Source: Octopus bimaculoides
Lineage: Eukaryota
Assembly (NCBI RefSeq): GCF_001194135.2
Contig: NC_068981.1
Span: 47,745,711-47,781,087, forward strand
Length of the DNA: 35,377 nt
Direction: 5' to 3'
Shown: piece after piece, positions 23,951-35,310 of the stretch
Layout of the letters: each line of letters starts with the position of its first letter
How positions within the stretch are numbered: position 1 is the stretch's first letter
Notes under the pieces: model-generated
Seen by the model: the letters and a program-made list of their open reading frames with translations, nothing else
Told to the model about the DNA's origin: nothing
Database searches by the model: none
Position numbers and translations under genes: made by a program

Positions 23951-24183
23951 AACGACAAACAAGATGAGGATAGATATCCGTCAAATGTAAATAATGTAAA
24001 TAATGCACACAATTCTACATCTCTTAAATATAGAACTGTATGACTATGATATTGTGAAGCCTACGAAATGAAAAACAAATAATACACATGCGTGAAATTA
24101 AATATACAAAATGACAATTTACCCATCGCAGGGTGTATATGTGCATGTGTGAGGGTATGTGTGTACATATATTTATTTCTATG

Positions 24184-24248
<65 letters not shown>

Positions 24249-24621
24249 GCATCTACATATATATATTAAATATATTTGGATGCCCTAAATCTTCCAAACG
24301 CCAGTGTTATAATGGTGGCAGCTGATGAAGAAAATGTTCTCTATGTGGCCTGTGTTTTCTGTACCCTGTTTATCATTTTGTCCATGTTTTTTTTGCAACG
24401 TCATGTACCCAGATATGCATCTATATATACATGTAGATGAAGGTATGTACATACATGTACATATATATTCATATACTCATATATTATTTGTATTACACGA
24501 TCGAACGCACGCGTTACATTCCAAGTATGCTTTGAACTTTATTTTTCTGACGTGACTCTTTCTATCTTTGTATCTATCTCCCCCTCTCGTTCTTCTTTCT
24601 ACTGTTCTTCGCCCTTCCCTT

Positions 24622-24657
<36 letters not shown>

Positions 24658-24955
24658 CTCGTTGCTCACTTATATTCTACTTCCTCCATTTCTTCTCTCT
24701 CTACCACCATTTCTCCTTAACCCTCGCTGGTCACATGTGTCCAGCTACTAATTCTTTTCAAAATCTTGGCCCCGCCACGCACACGCGAACATTCGTCGTC
24801 CCGTTTCATTCCAGTTCTTGATTTACAGCGTTTAATATACATATACTTTTTCAGGTCTGGCCGTATTGCCTTCTTTGTTTGTTTATTTCAATGTTTCGTT
24901 TTGCTGTCTTGTTTTCTGTCCTTCCTCCGTCTTCCCTTTTTTTGGACTTTCGAAT

Positions 24956-24990
24956 GTTTCCGACGAAGAGCTCCGCTCGAAACTTCAAAT
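24956..24990 (+). ncRNA. Degenerate minimal hammerhead-like motif of a different family
   Basis: GUUU-CCGACGA-A-GAGC-UCC-GCUC-GAA-ACUU-C-AAAU: perfect stem II, U4-to-C core change, palindrome ACGU altered to ACUU. Confidence 0.5.
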
Positions 24991-25091
24991 TATGTTTCTT
25001 TCCTTTCCCGAGAGTCTAGTAACACAATACCTGTATCACGTCCTTGCGCTGTTGTTTTTTGTCGTTTTTCTTTTTTGAACTTATATATACT

Positions 25092-25134
<43 letters not shown>

Positions 25135-25239
25135 GTTTATACATATATGTATATGCACATATATAATATAAATTGATATATATATGCATATATACATACA
25201 TACATACATTCATACACCTACATACTCACACATATATGT

Positions 25240-25560
25240 ATATACATACGCATATATGGGTACAGGACGTCAAAAAAGGGGAACACCATGAACAACGAGA
25301 ACAAGAAAACAAAAATATGGAACACGAACTTTTTTGAACAATGCATGAAACAAATAGAAAAGCACGACAGCCAACATAAAGAACAATCCCTTCATCGGTT
25401 GTCCACTGTTTTATCAACAACACATTTCGAACGTTAGGACAATTTGCGTTTTCGTCAAAACAGTCATTCCCGCAAAGGAAATTAAATAAAATTTGGGATT
25501 TACAGAGGGTTAAATTTTGTAACAAAAACAGGACCGTTAAACAAACGTTAAGAGCTGCTA
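25240..25560 (-). repeat. Unclassified interspersed repeat (copy 2, related to 1590-2200)
   Basis: CCCTTCATCGGTTGTCC...CATTTCGAAC at 25388-25432 matches 1715-1758. Confidence 0.4.
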
Positions 25561-25574
25561 GGCCATAACGAGGT

Positions 25575-25616
<42 letters not shown>

Positions 25617-25652
25617 NNNNNNNNNNNNNNNNNNNNNNNNNNNNNNNNNNNN

Positions 25653-25696
<44 letters not shown>

Positions 25697-25779
25697 ATGC
25701 TTATATATGTAGTATTAAACGACTGGAAAATAAAATTAGATAGTTAAAAAATTAAAACCGGAGACAATGGAGATTCGAA

Positions 25780-26060
25780 AAGTGTTGTTGGAGATTTAAT
25801 GTTCCTAATCATATGAAGCATATTCGCTTCGAATTTGTTGAGTTGGGGATTGTGTGGAAAATGTTTACAGGATCGAAGATTGTGTGTGTTGGTGCTATTG
25901 TTGTTCCGGTTGTTAGAGTTGTCGTGGAAAAGGGCTTTCCACGAATTCTTCCGATGAGGTCCTTAGTTTTGTTGGGTAGTATTGAAAGGAAAGTATTTTG
26001 TGAAGGAATAGGTATGTTCTTAAATGAGATGCCAAGGAATTATTTCTCTCTTATATAAGC
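25780..26060 (-). mobile_element. Penelope-like element, N-terminal ORF remnant (5' non-coding region probably extends towards ~27050)
   Basis: KNIPIPSQNTFLSILPNKTKDLIGRIR/(W)KALFH...HNLRSCKHFPHNPQLNKFEANMLHMIRNIK, matching the KNIPIP...RMRWKA and FExDLxxMIRNIKF motifs I recall from Penelope/Poseidon ORF starts. Confidence 0.7.
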
Positions 26061-26300
26061 GTTACCTGTAATAAATGCAAGGATGCAATGGTATGAGAGG
26101 TATTGGTATACAGAAGACCCAAGATGGCAGGTAAGCCTTTGTAAGCGCTATGGAATGACCTTTGTTGAACTCTAAGTACGATAATAATACAAGTGAGGAG
26201 TTTAATGCGTGCCTCGTATGAGCATGTATATGTTCAATAAAATGAGATAATACAACCAAAGCTCTGTGGAATTTTCAGGACATTTTTAAAGAAAAACTTA

Positions 26301-26348
26301 GTCGTAGAGCTGTTTCTGTGATATTAGGGATATCCATTCATCAGAAAC
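26301..26348 (-). ncRNA. Degenerate hammerhead-like motif upstream of the Penelope-like ORF
   Basis: GUUU-CUGAUGA-A-UGGAUAU-CCCUA-AUAUCACA-GAA-ACAGCUCU-A-CGAC: 7-bp stem II with one bulge; stem III is one base from the palindrome ACAGCUGU. Confidence 0.5.
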
Positions 26349-27147
26349 GATATGACAGAGTTAAACAGGGGGAAATAGTAGATATCAATGTAAAGAGTTA
26401 TTTTGGAAAAGGATGGTAATAAGTATAAAGAGAAATAAGTGAATATAAGTAAAAAAAAAAAAAAATACGTAGGGTGTTATAGTTGCAGTTCCACTATCCA
26501 ATGAAAGTGGCATGTAGAAATGGTAGAAATTATTCATGTGCGTGATATGTAAATTCTGACAGGAATTCCTATTTTGTTATTGCAAATGGATAGTGTGGAC
26601 ACGTAGATTCCATGTGCGGTTCTTTCAAAGGGGTTTGTAGTGTGAATGAAATGATGAGTATGTAGTGGTAGTATTCAGTAGATAGAAAGAAGAGAATAGA
26701 CATGTATGTTTAAATAAGGAGAATTGTGAAGAAAAATATGTGATGAGGGAGCAAAGAACGAAACAAAGAAAGAAAGGAAGAACGAGGAAGAGAAAAGAAA
26801 AAAAGGGGTGTTAGATGGTGGATAAGATATTACGAGGGAAATGGGAGAGGAGTCGGAGAATGATAGGAAGCGATAAGAATGTAAAGAAGGAATATGTGTA
26901 AGGAGTGAGAGGCGAGGTGATATGTATGAAAGGCACTAAGGTGGAGGGATGGGTATAGAAAATGGTACAGGCGGTGCTACTAAAAGGAGAAAATGATACA
27001 GGGGTGTTACCTCGAAAAGGAAGGGAAGAATTATAAGATGCAATGATCAAGTTTCTAAAAAGAAACCGTCTGTTTTATGCATGGATAAAAAAAAAAAAAA
27101 ACTGTGCAACAATTATTTGGGTTTCATGAATTCTGGCATCAGCACAT

Positions 27148-28415
27148 ATGATATAGATGATTTAGATAGAAACTCAGCCCCAGGACCTAATGGATTCCCA
27201 GCAATCCTCTTCAAGTCATGCAAACGAGTCCTTGCAAAACAATTGCAGCTACTTTTTCAGAGCTTCCTTGCAAAAGGTAAGCTCCCAGACAAACTAAAGG
27301 AAGGAATAATATACCTTATCTATAAAGGAGGAAGCAGAGCAGATGCTAAAAACTATAGGCCTATCTCTTTGACCTCACACATCAACCAAGTCATGGAACG
27401 AATAGCCTTTAGAAATTTATTGCATTTCTTGAAGAGAATGACTTGCTGATTGACACCCAGCATGGGTTTCGATCAGGTACAAGCTGTCTAACACAGCTCT
27501 TGCGGAATTACGACTGGGTGCCAAAGCAGCTGCTCAACAACTCACATGTAGTCGTAGTGTACCTCAACTTTGACAAGTCGATTATGGTATGATTTCTTAC
27601 AAGCTCCGAAATATTGGCATAGTTAGAAACCTTGGAGAATGACATGACATTCTAAAAGACTGAAGTCGATGGGGCCACCTGCAAGAAAACGCAAAACATG
27701 AGCGGCGTTCCACAGGACACTGTCCCGGGGCCACTGCTATTTATAGTAGCCCTCTCTGACACGCACTCAGATGCTCAAGTAGTTACGCTTGCTAGCTATG
27801 CAGATGATACAAAAGTCTCTCATAGGACACAGAACCCTGGAGACGCGGTGACTCTGCAACGTGATTTGAACGCAATATACAGGTGGGCTGAGGAAAATAA
27901 GATGCAGTTTGATGCTGGGAAATTCGACGCCCTACGCTACCAACACAGGTAGCTCAATGTAAATCAAATAGGATAGACTGGCACAGGAAGTATTCCTATC
28001 CCTTAATCAAAATATGTGCGTGACCATGGCATCGACATGAGTAATGATACATCTTTCCAGATGCGCATTACCAAGTTGGCAATAAAATGCAGACGTCTGA
28101 CCGAGTGGATTCTTTTAACTTTCAAGACAAGGAAAGGGAAGCCATGATGGAGGACTTTTTCTCTCAGACGTCTGGACTACTACTCCCAATTGTAATCACC
28201 ACAAGTAAAATAAACGACGGTTCGCGAGGTGATCCAACTAAATTACACAAAGAAGATGGTTACAATATGACATATCAGCTACAGGGAGAAACTGAGAGAA
28301 AGCAGACTTTACTACCTGGAGCGAAAGCGGGAAAGATATGCCGTAATATATATCTGGAAAACCTAGAGAAACTTTTTTTCCAAACTTTGGCATTGTCACT
28401 TACACAAACAACTCT
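27148..28415 (+). mobile_element. CR1-type LINE ORF2 reverse-transcriptase region, 5'-truncated pseudogenised copy
   Basis: GPNGFPAILFKSCK...KGGSRADAKNYRPISLTSHI, HGFRSGTSCLTQL, SGVPQDTVPGPLLF, YADD at 27797-27808, LQRDLNAIYRWAEENKMQF; multiple frameshifts and stops. Confidence 0.9.
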
Positions 28416-29460
28416 GCCGACGAAGCTCTACGGAATATCAAGCGGGACTTTGGTATGGTTTTGTTGACATCAGAACTGTTTAGAGATGGGTCCAAAGCTC
28501 TCGTTCATGAGATGATAAACTTGAAAATAAACCAAGGAGTACACCAAAATAAGTTATTTGGCATGATGGATGAAGTGGTTTGATTGAACAAAATCTGAGA
28601 ACAAATGTTCGAAATCTTTCATTAGAACTCCCTCTAAACATTTCGTGCCACTGATTTTGGACACCTGTAAAAAATTGGAAATATCAAGTAAACGTATAGG
28701 TTTGTTGCACATCAACTGAACGAGATTAAAGAAAAGCGGGCACCTCAATGTTTGGTCCTTATTGCTTTCTAGACTGGAAAAAGACCATTTTTGCAACAAA
28801 TCATTACTTGTGATGAGAAATGGATACGCTTTGACAAGAGCAGGAGAACAGGACGGTGATTAGATACAGGAGAGAATACCTAAACACTACCCAAAGCTAC
28901 TATTATACCCTAAAACGTAAGCTGTCATTGTATGATGCCTACGAGAGAGTTATTCATTATTCATTTTTGCAATAAGGAAAAAACGGTAACAATAACATCG
29001 TATTACCTGGAAATTGATTGTATGCGTGAGAGTTTGAAAAACAAGCAACCCAGACTAGTCAGTAGAGATGACCCGCTTTTGCTCCACGACAATGCACGCC
29101 TCACACTCCTCAAGCTACGATCCAAAAGTTGCAATGCCTGAATTATGAGATTGTGCAACATACTCCCTATACTCCTGATATCTTTAATACTGATCATCAC
29201 TTATTCAAGCATTTTGAGTTTTTCATAAGCAATAAAACATTCTTAAATAGAGAAGTGGTAAATGAGGCATTCGGACAGTTTATCATAGCAAAAATGGATT
29301 TTTTTTAAAGATGAAATATATGACATAGACAAAACGTTCGGTAAACATCATAAATGAACATGGATCCAAATTTGACTAAATAAATCAGTTCTCTAATATT
29401 TCAGGGCCATTTTATTGTTACCTTTCAAATACCACATTTCATGTGAAACAACCTAATGTC
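28416..29460 (+). mobile_element. mariner (DD34D) transposon remnant with right TIR
   Basis: DEALRNIKRDFG...RTV*RW (HTH region), FLQQIITCDEKWIRFD, LLLHDNAR/HTPQATIQKLQCLNYEIVQHTPYTPDIFNTDHHLF (D-34-D after one frameshift). TIR-like ATTTCATGTGAAACAACCTAAT ends ~29457. Confidence 0.9.
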
Positions 29461-30087
29461 TAATATTTTTTTGTTTTACATTATAAAATCTTATTGTGCT
29501 CTATCTTATTAATTGCACTTATACATGTATATGTATGTATGTATATATGTATTTATGTATGTGTATCCACATACTTACGCATGTTTACTTGTGTTTTGGT
29601 GCATGATGTCATGTGTATGTGTGTGCATGTGTGTATATAAAGATCCTTTATCCTGAAGTATCCTGGTTTGATGGTTTGTGATCTAACTTCTTTCATGCCA
29701 TTAATTTTCTCTCCGCTTTTCTACACTCTTCTAATCTACACTGATAATCTCCCACCATACCCCCATTCTTCTTTCGCTCTCTCTTTATCGTTCAGCATCT
29801 GTTTATATATATAACTTAGTGTCACTTTGTCTTAAAACTTTGACGAGTCGATCACCCTCACTCATATATGTTACTATGCTTCTGTACAAATTCACTGAGA
29901 ACTTTAGCAAAAAATAACATCTTCTTATAATGTTAAATAATAGCTTTTGGAATATGAAAACAATTTGTTCTACAGGCAATAAGGAATTATCTAACGCCCA
30001 CAGATTGTAATAACAGCTCAAAAAAAAAAAAAACGGATAAATAACCTTACAAGACGGAAAAAAAATTGCCAGTAAGCCTTTATACAG

Positions 30088-30204
30088 ATAGAGAATTGAA
30101 CCATCTGCCTGTTAAATTCCGACTGGATGCTCAGCCGGATTTCAGAGGTACAAAGTTCGATTTTCTGAAGAGGCTTGCAGGACACATTTTCCCGTCTCCT
30201 CGGG
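30088..30204 (+). CDS. Candidate exon (phase 1-1); strand ambiguous
   Basis: Acceptor ctttatacag|, donor GGG|gtaatt, 117 nt: RELNHLPVKFRLDAQPDFRGTKFDFLKRLAGHIFPSPR. The codon-aligned minus frame 30051-30266 is also open and splice-bounded. Confidence 0.3.
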
Positions 30205-30606
30205 GTAATTATCCTAGTTTCTAATCTATTGTGAGAATCCACCTGCGTTCGACATTCCTTTATTTTCTGTAATATATATATGAAGTGTATACCTATATTT
30301 GTAATAACAATGTATTCTTTCTNNNNNNNNNNNNNNNNNNNNNNNNNNNNNNNNNNNNNNNNNNNNNNNNNNNNNNNNNNNNNNNNNNNNNNNNNNNNNN
30401 NNNNNNNNNNNNNNNNNNNNNNNNNNNNNNNNNNNNNNNNNNNNNNNNNNNNNNNNNNNNNNNNNNNNNNNNNNNNNNNNNNNNNNNNNNNNNNNNNNNN
30501 NNNNNNNNNNNNNNNNNNNNNNNNNNNNNNNNNNNNNNNNNNNNNNNNNNNNNNNNNNNNNNNNNNNNNNNNNNNNNNNNNNNNNNNNNNNNNNNNNNNN
30601 NNNNNN

Positions 30607-30663
<57 letters not shown>

Positions 30664-31208
30664 TGTGTGTGTGGTGACAGTGTTTGAAACAAATGATAGA
30701 TGAGGAAGAACTAAAACGACTTCACTGTTGTAATGTGGTTTGATGTAAGTTTAAGGAAACGTATGTGTTCATGGCTAATTACATATTCTGTATTACACGG
30801 TAGATGATGCGCTAGCACACGCGTGATAGATTTGGGTATACTGATGTATGACTGACCGATATTAAGAGAATTCGTCTACCATTGTAATAAAATAAAATTC
30901 TATGACACTAAATCTAGGTGCATACAAATGCACTATTTGCATGTGCTGAATGATAAACAGTTTTACATAACTAAAATTCTAACCAGGCAATCACGGAATT
31001 TCTCAATCTATTTTAAAATATAAATACATGGATAACATTATTATCTTTAGAAGAATATATGATTATAATTTTGAAATTGTACATGCATATAAAGCAGCAG
31101 CTTTACGAACATAAAATGCGTAATAACTATCGATAAGTAGAACCCCATGCATTGATAAAATAGCTCGTTTTAGAAAATGTCTCTGTTCAGTATATCTGTT
31201 AAATCGTG

Positions 31209-31428
31209 AAGGAGCGAGCTGGCAGAATCGTTTCCGAAAAGGAGAATATGCTTCGTTGCATCTCGTCCGATTTTACGATCTGACTGTAAATGCTGCCGAG
31301 GTCGACTTTCCATTTCATCCTTTTGTAGTCAATAAAATAGATAGGAGTTGAACACTGGTATCAATTTGAACTTAACCTCTGCTCCAAAATTGCTGGCATT
31401 GTGTTTTTATTATATGAAGCCAATATTT
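31209..31428 (+). mobile_element. Octopus-type SINE (OK-like)
   Basis: GGAGCGAGCTGGCAGAATCG head; GCCGAGGTCGACTTTCCATTTCATCC core. Confidence 0.75.
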
Positions 31429-31559
31429 CTGCAAAATCATGTATTTTACCAAGCAATATTCTATAAATCTGTGTTACATCACTCAGGAATCACAAACCCA
31501 GGTAACCTACGCTATGAATGAATTTCACTCAAAAGATGTTTTACTGATAATAATCTTTT

Positions 31560-31767
31560 CTACTATAGGCACAACCCCTGAAATTTGAAGGAGGAGACCA
31601 GTTGATTACATCGACCCCAGTGTTTCATGGTACTTAATTTATCGAGCCCGAAAGGATGAAAGTTAAAGTCGACCTCGTCGGAATTTGAGACTCAGTACGA
31701 AGGGACGGGCGAAATTCCGCCTAACACTTCGTCCAGCATGCTAACGACACTGCTAGCTCGCCGCCTT
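31560..31767 (-). mobile_element. Octopus-type SINE (OK-like)
   Basis: Reverse strand GGCGGCGAGCTAGCAG...GACGAGGTCGACTTTAACTTTCATCCTTTCGGG...GGGGTCGATGTAATCAACT. Confidence 0.8.
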
Positions 31768-32324
31768 CTACTCGTCTTTTACTGAAAATAATACAAGTAT
31801 CTCAAACACGCCCTATGTATGTAACACTATTAAGTGTGAAAATGTTTGTTTGCCGCTAACAGCTCTACAAATCTGTGATGTACTGTCCTAAAGTTTAGAA
31901 GCATATATAAATTGATTTCATATATACACTGAGATGGAAATTCCTCTGATAATGCGTAGAGATTCTGCATGAAGACTTTAAATAATTATTGAGATAGATG
32001 ACCAACATTTCGGAACTACGTGGGCCAGGCAATGATATTAAGAACCATAAAGACAAGACAGCATCAAATGCATTCTCCACAGCATACTATGATTTATTGT
32101 ATGACACCTCTCCAAGTAACAAATTATGAAACTATTAAACTTAAGATCAAAATTATAACATTCCCTTAATCCCGCTCCAAATTGATTTTATCGGACAACA
32201 TAAAAAAGTATTTGATTAGGCTAACATTAAAAAAATATATATATAATGAAAATGCACATTCATATCGACAACACGAACTACACTACTTCCTAGAAAGCAT
32301 TTGTCCATCCCCTTCCCGTCTTAC

Positions 32325-32380
32325 TTTGCTTCCTCCTTCAACTATTCCCTCTAACATTCTAGAAGTAATGTCTGAAGAAA
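32325..32380 (-). CDS. Weak candidate exon (phase 1 in, 0 out)
   Basis: Acceptor ccttcgttacctag|, donor AAA|gtaaga: SSDITSRMLEGIVEGGSK. Confidence 0.3.
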
Positions 32381-32470
32381 CTAGGTAACGAAGGTTAAAG
32401 TAACTGAGTTTTGCCATAAACAATATCAATTACACTTAGTAATACAAAGATATTCTGTAATAATCCTTTC

Positions 32471-32692
32471 TTCTGTAAGCACAAAGCCTGTAGTATATAT
32501 ATATTTGGTGTTGTTGTTAGGGGAAGGCTAGTCGATTATATCGACCCTACTGCTCAGATGTTAGTCACTTTATTGATCAAGGGAACGTGAATGTCAAATT
32601 GACCTCGGCGGAATTTAAACACACGATGTAAAGACAGAAGAAATACTGCTAAGCTTTCTGCCCGCTGTTAATGACTGCACCAGCTAGCCGCT
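32471..32692 (-). mobile_element. Octopus-type SINE (OK-like), diverged
   Basis: Reverse strand GCGGCTAGCTGGTGCAG...TTCCGCCGAGGTCAATTTGAC...GGGTCGATATAATCGACT. Confidence 0.7.
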
Positions 32693-33421
32693 TTATGTTA
32701 TACCTCACTATTAGTTTTAAATTTTGGCACAGAGCTAGCAAAATTATACGATATTAATGAAATTGTTTATGTGCAGAAGAGATGATTGTTGTCAATATAT
32801 AAAATATTGTACCAAAGATATCCTTTACAACAGGAAAATGCAATATATCCTTTACAACGGGGAAATGCAATAAATATATGAACACTACAAACTACCTCGT
32901 GTTCCGTCAATCATGCAAACGAAATAATCTGCTTCACAAAAATATATACTAACATGCATATAAACACACATAGATACATACACACATTCGCGCATGTGTG
33001 TGTGTGTGTGCGTGTGTATTTCTGTGTGCATGCACGTAATATTTTCATATATATACACATATAACAGATAAGTTTACTGATAGGAAGAAATAAAATGAAA
33101 AGCTGGCAGATATATAAACAACTATGCGGTAGAGAGATATGCATATTCAAGCAGGTGCTATACGTGCAAAAGATCATATCTCTAAAACAAGATTTCTGCA
33201 TTGCTCAAGTGTGAAAGAAAATATGTATCTACTGGTGCCGATAAAGGAGATATTCATGAGGATGTTCATCTTTGAACGAAACATTGATTTAATACAAATG
33301 CCCAATTCTGAGAGTATATAAAAGGACAGAACTTATTTGAAATGGAATAAAACTGCACCCAGTACTGACGTGCAACTTCGAAGAGATTGCAATCTTCGGG
33401 GAGGCCAGCAAGTCTACTTAC

Positions 33422-33497
33422 ATGTCTTTTCTTCATTAGAAATAGATTTTCTCTTTATACTGATGTCAAATATAAACAATAAACGCAGAACAGAAAG
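33422..33497 (-). CDS. Weak candidate exon (phase 0 in, 1 out)
   Basis: Acceptor actttgtatgtcatag|, donor CAT|gtaagt: LSVLRLLFIFDISIKRKSISNEEKT. Confidence 0.25.
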
Positions 33498-34003
33498 CTA
33501 TGACATACAAAGTATAACTCAAGTGATACCAATATCAAGGACTTAAATAAGTAAATATGTGATGCAAAAGGTTGAAATATATCAATTAATGGCAGGAAGA
33601 AGAAGAAATTGAACAGTTGTAATTTTCTGAGACTAAATAAGTGGAGAATATTAATAGTAGTTTAATTGTTAAAAAAATAAATGTAAAATAAATGTAAAAT
33701 GCAAGGAGAAAAAGATTTTCACTTCAGAGAAGTGTGAGTTTTTAGAAATGCTTCGTATTATTAGGCTTCATGAGTAGAACATACACAATATCATTTTCTT
33801 TTCTAGTATTGAATAGTGACGCATTTCACCTTCATGTTTAAGAAACCATTTTTGCGAAAAGTAGGTCAATAAACTTCCATAATTTAAACAAGAAAATGTG
33901 CAAAGAGAAACTGTCTTACCTTTTCGCCAATGTCATTAATTTAAATAAGCTTAAGTAGTAAGCTGAAAGTGATGTCTCATTCAAATAATCTTTTTCTCCT
34001 CAC

Positions 34004-34042
34004 TGTAATAATTACATCTAGTAAATTTTCATCTTTCTTTTG
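34004..34042 (-). CDS. Weak candidate exon (phase 0-0)
   Basis: Acceptor actgtttctctcttag|, donor ACA|gtgagg: QKKDENLLDVIIT. Confidence 0.25.
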
Positions 34043-34253
34043 CTAAGAGAGAAACAGTAATTGATTGTGAAATTTTAAATAATTCAGTAATCTTGCGCAC
34101 GTCATTCATCAAATTACCACTTAACATATACATTTCAATTTGTGTTTATCCAATAAATTTATTTATTACAGCTCACAAAGAGAAAGCAGTCTGCTGTTGA
34201 AAATCACTTCACCTAGATGCCTATCAACTGTTGTAACCCCTTCTCTGCATATA

Positions 34254-34295
<42 letters not shown>

Positions 34296-35235
34296 CACAC
34301 ACGCCTACATAAACAGACACATATTTCAGGTGCAAGGGTGAGTTTGTGGTAAGAAGCTTGCTTCCCAACTACATCGTTCCGTATTGAGTCCCACTGCATG
34401 GCATCTTCCACCATGTATGTGTGTGTGTGTGTGTGTNNNNNNNNNNNNNNNNNNNNNNNNNNNNNNNNNNNNNNNNNNNNNNNNNNNNNNNNNNNNNNNN
34501 NNNNNNNNNNNNNNNNNNNNNNNNNNNNNNNNNNNNNNNNNNNNNNNNNNNNNNNNNNNNNNNNNNNNNNNNNNNNNNNNNNNNNNNNNNNNNNNNNNNN
34601 NNNNNNNNNNNNNNNNNNNNNNNNNNNNNNNNNNNNNNNNNNNNNNNNNNNNNNNNNNNNNNNNNNNNNNNNNNNNNNNNNNNNNNNNNNNNNNNNNNNN
34701 NNNNNNNNNNNNNNNNNNNNNNNNNNNNNNNNNNNNNNNNNNNNNNNNNNNNNNNNNNNNNNNNNNNNNNNNNNNNNNNNNNNNNNNNNNNNNNNNNNNN
34801 NNNNNNNNNNNNNNNNNNNNNNNNNNNNNNNNNNNNNNNNNNNNNNNNNNNNNNNNNNNNNNNNNNNNNNNNNNNNNNNNNNNNNNNNNNNNNNNNNNNN
34901 NNNNNNNNNNNNNNNNNNNNNNNNNNNNNNNNNNNNNNNNNNNNNATAAAAGACCAAGGCTGTGTATTATATAGAACGTTTATAAATAGAAAGTCTTACA
35001 GTTGTTTCCAGGATATTTATTATATCCCTTCATCGGAGACGATTTGAGAGGATGATTAAGCAATAGTTAATTTAGTTAAGTTAGGAAATAGAGAATGAAT
35101 GTAGAGATATTGTATTTGTACAGCTAATATTTATGCATATCGGTATACATATAAAATTCCAACAGTCCTTGAAATTGGTCATTTAAATACAGAGTCTATA
35201 TACAGTGTTATTGAAACAAGGAACTTCACGAATCA

Positions 35236-35310
35236 AGGAATTTCACAAGCAAGCTGTTCCGTTGAACGTATCAGCTGGGTCCCTCGCCCTTGTAACCGAC
35301 GAAGTACTCC
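35236..35310 (+). mobile_element. 3' fragment of the SINE family seen at 16175-16490
   Basis: AATTTCACAAGCAAGCTGTTCCGTTGAACGTATCAGCTGGGTCCCTCG...GTAACCGAC matches 16425-16484. Confidence 0.55.

Noticed and set aside
28416-29460. SETMAR-like domesticated transposase
   Set aside because: Multiple stops and frameshifts and no SET domain; an ordinary dead mariner copy.
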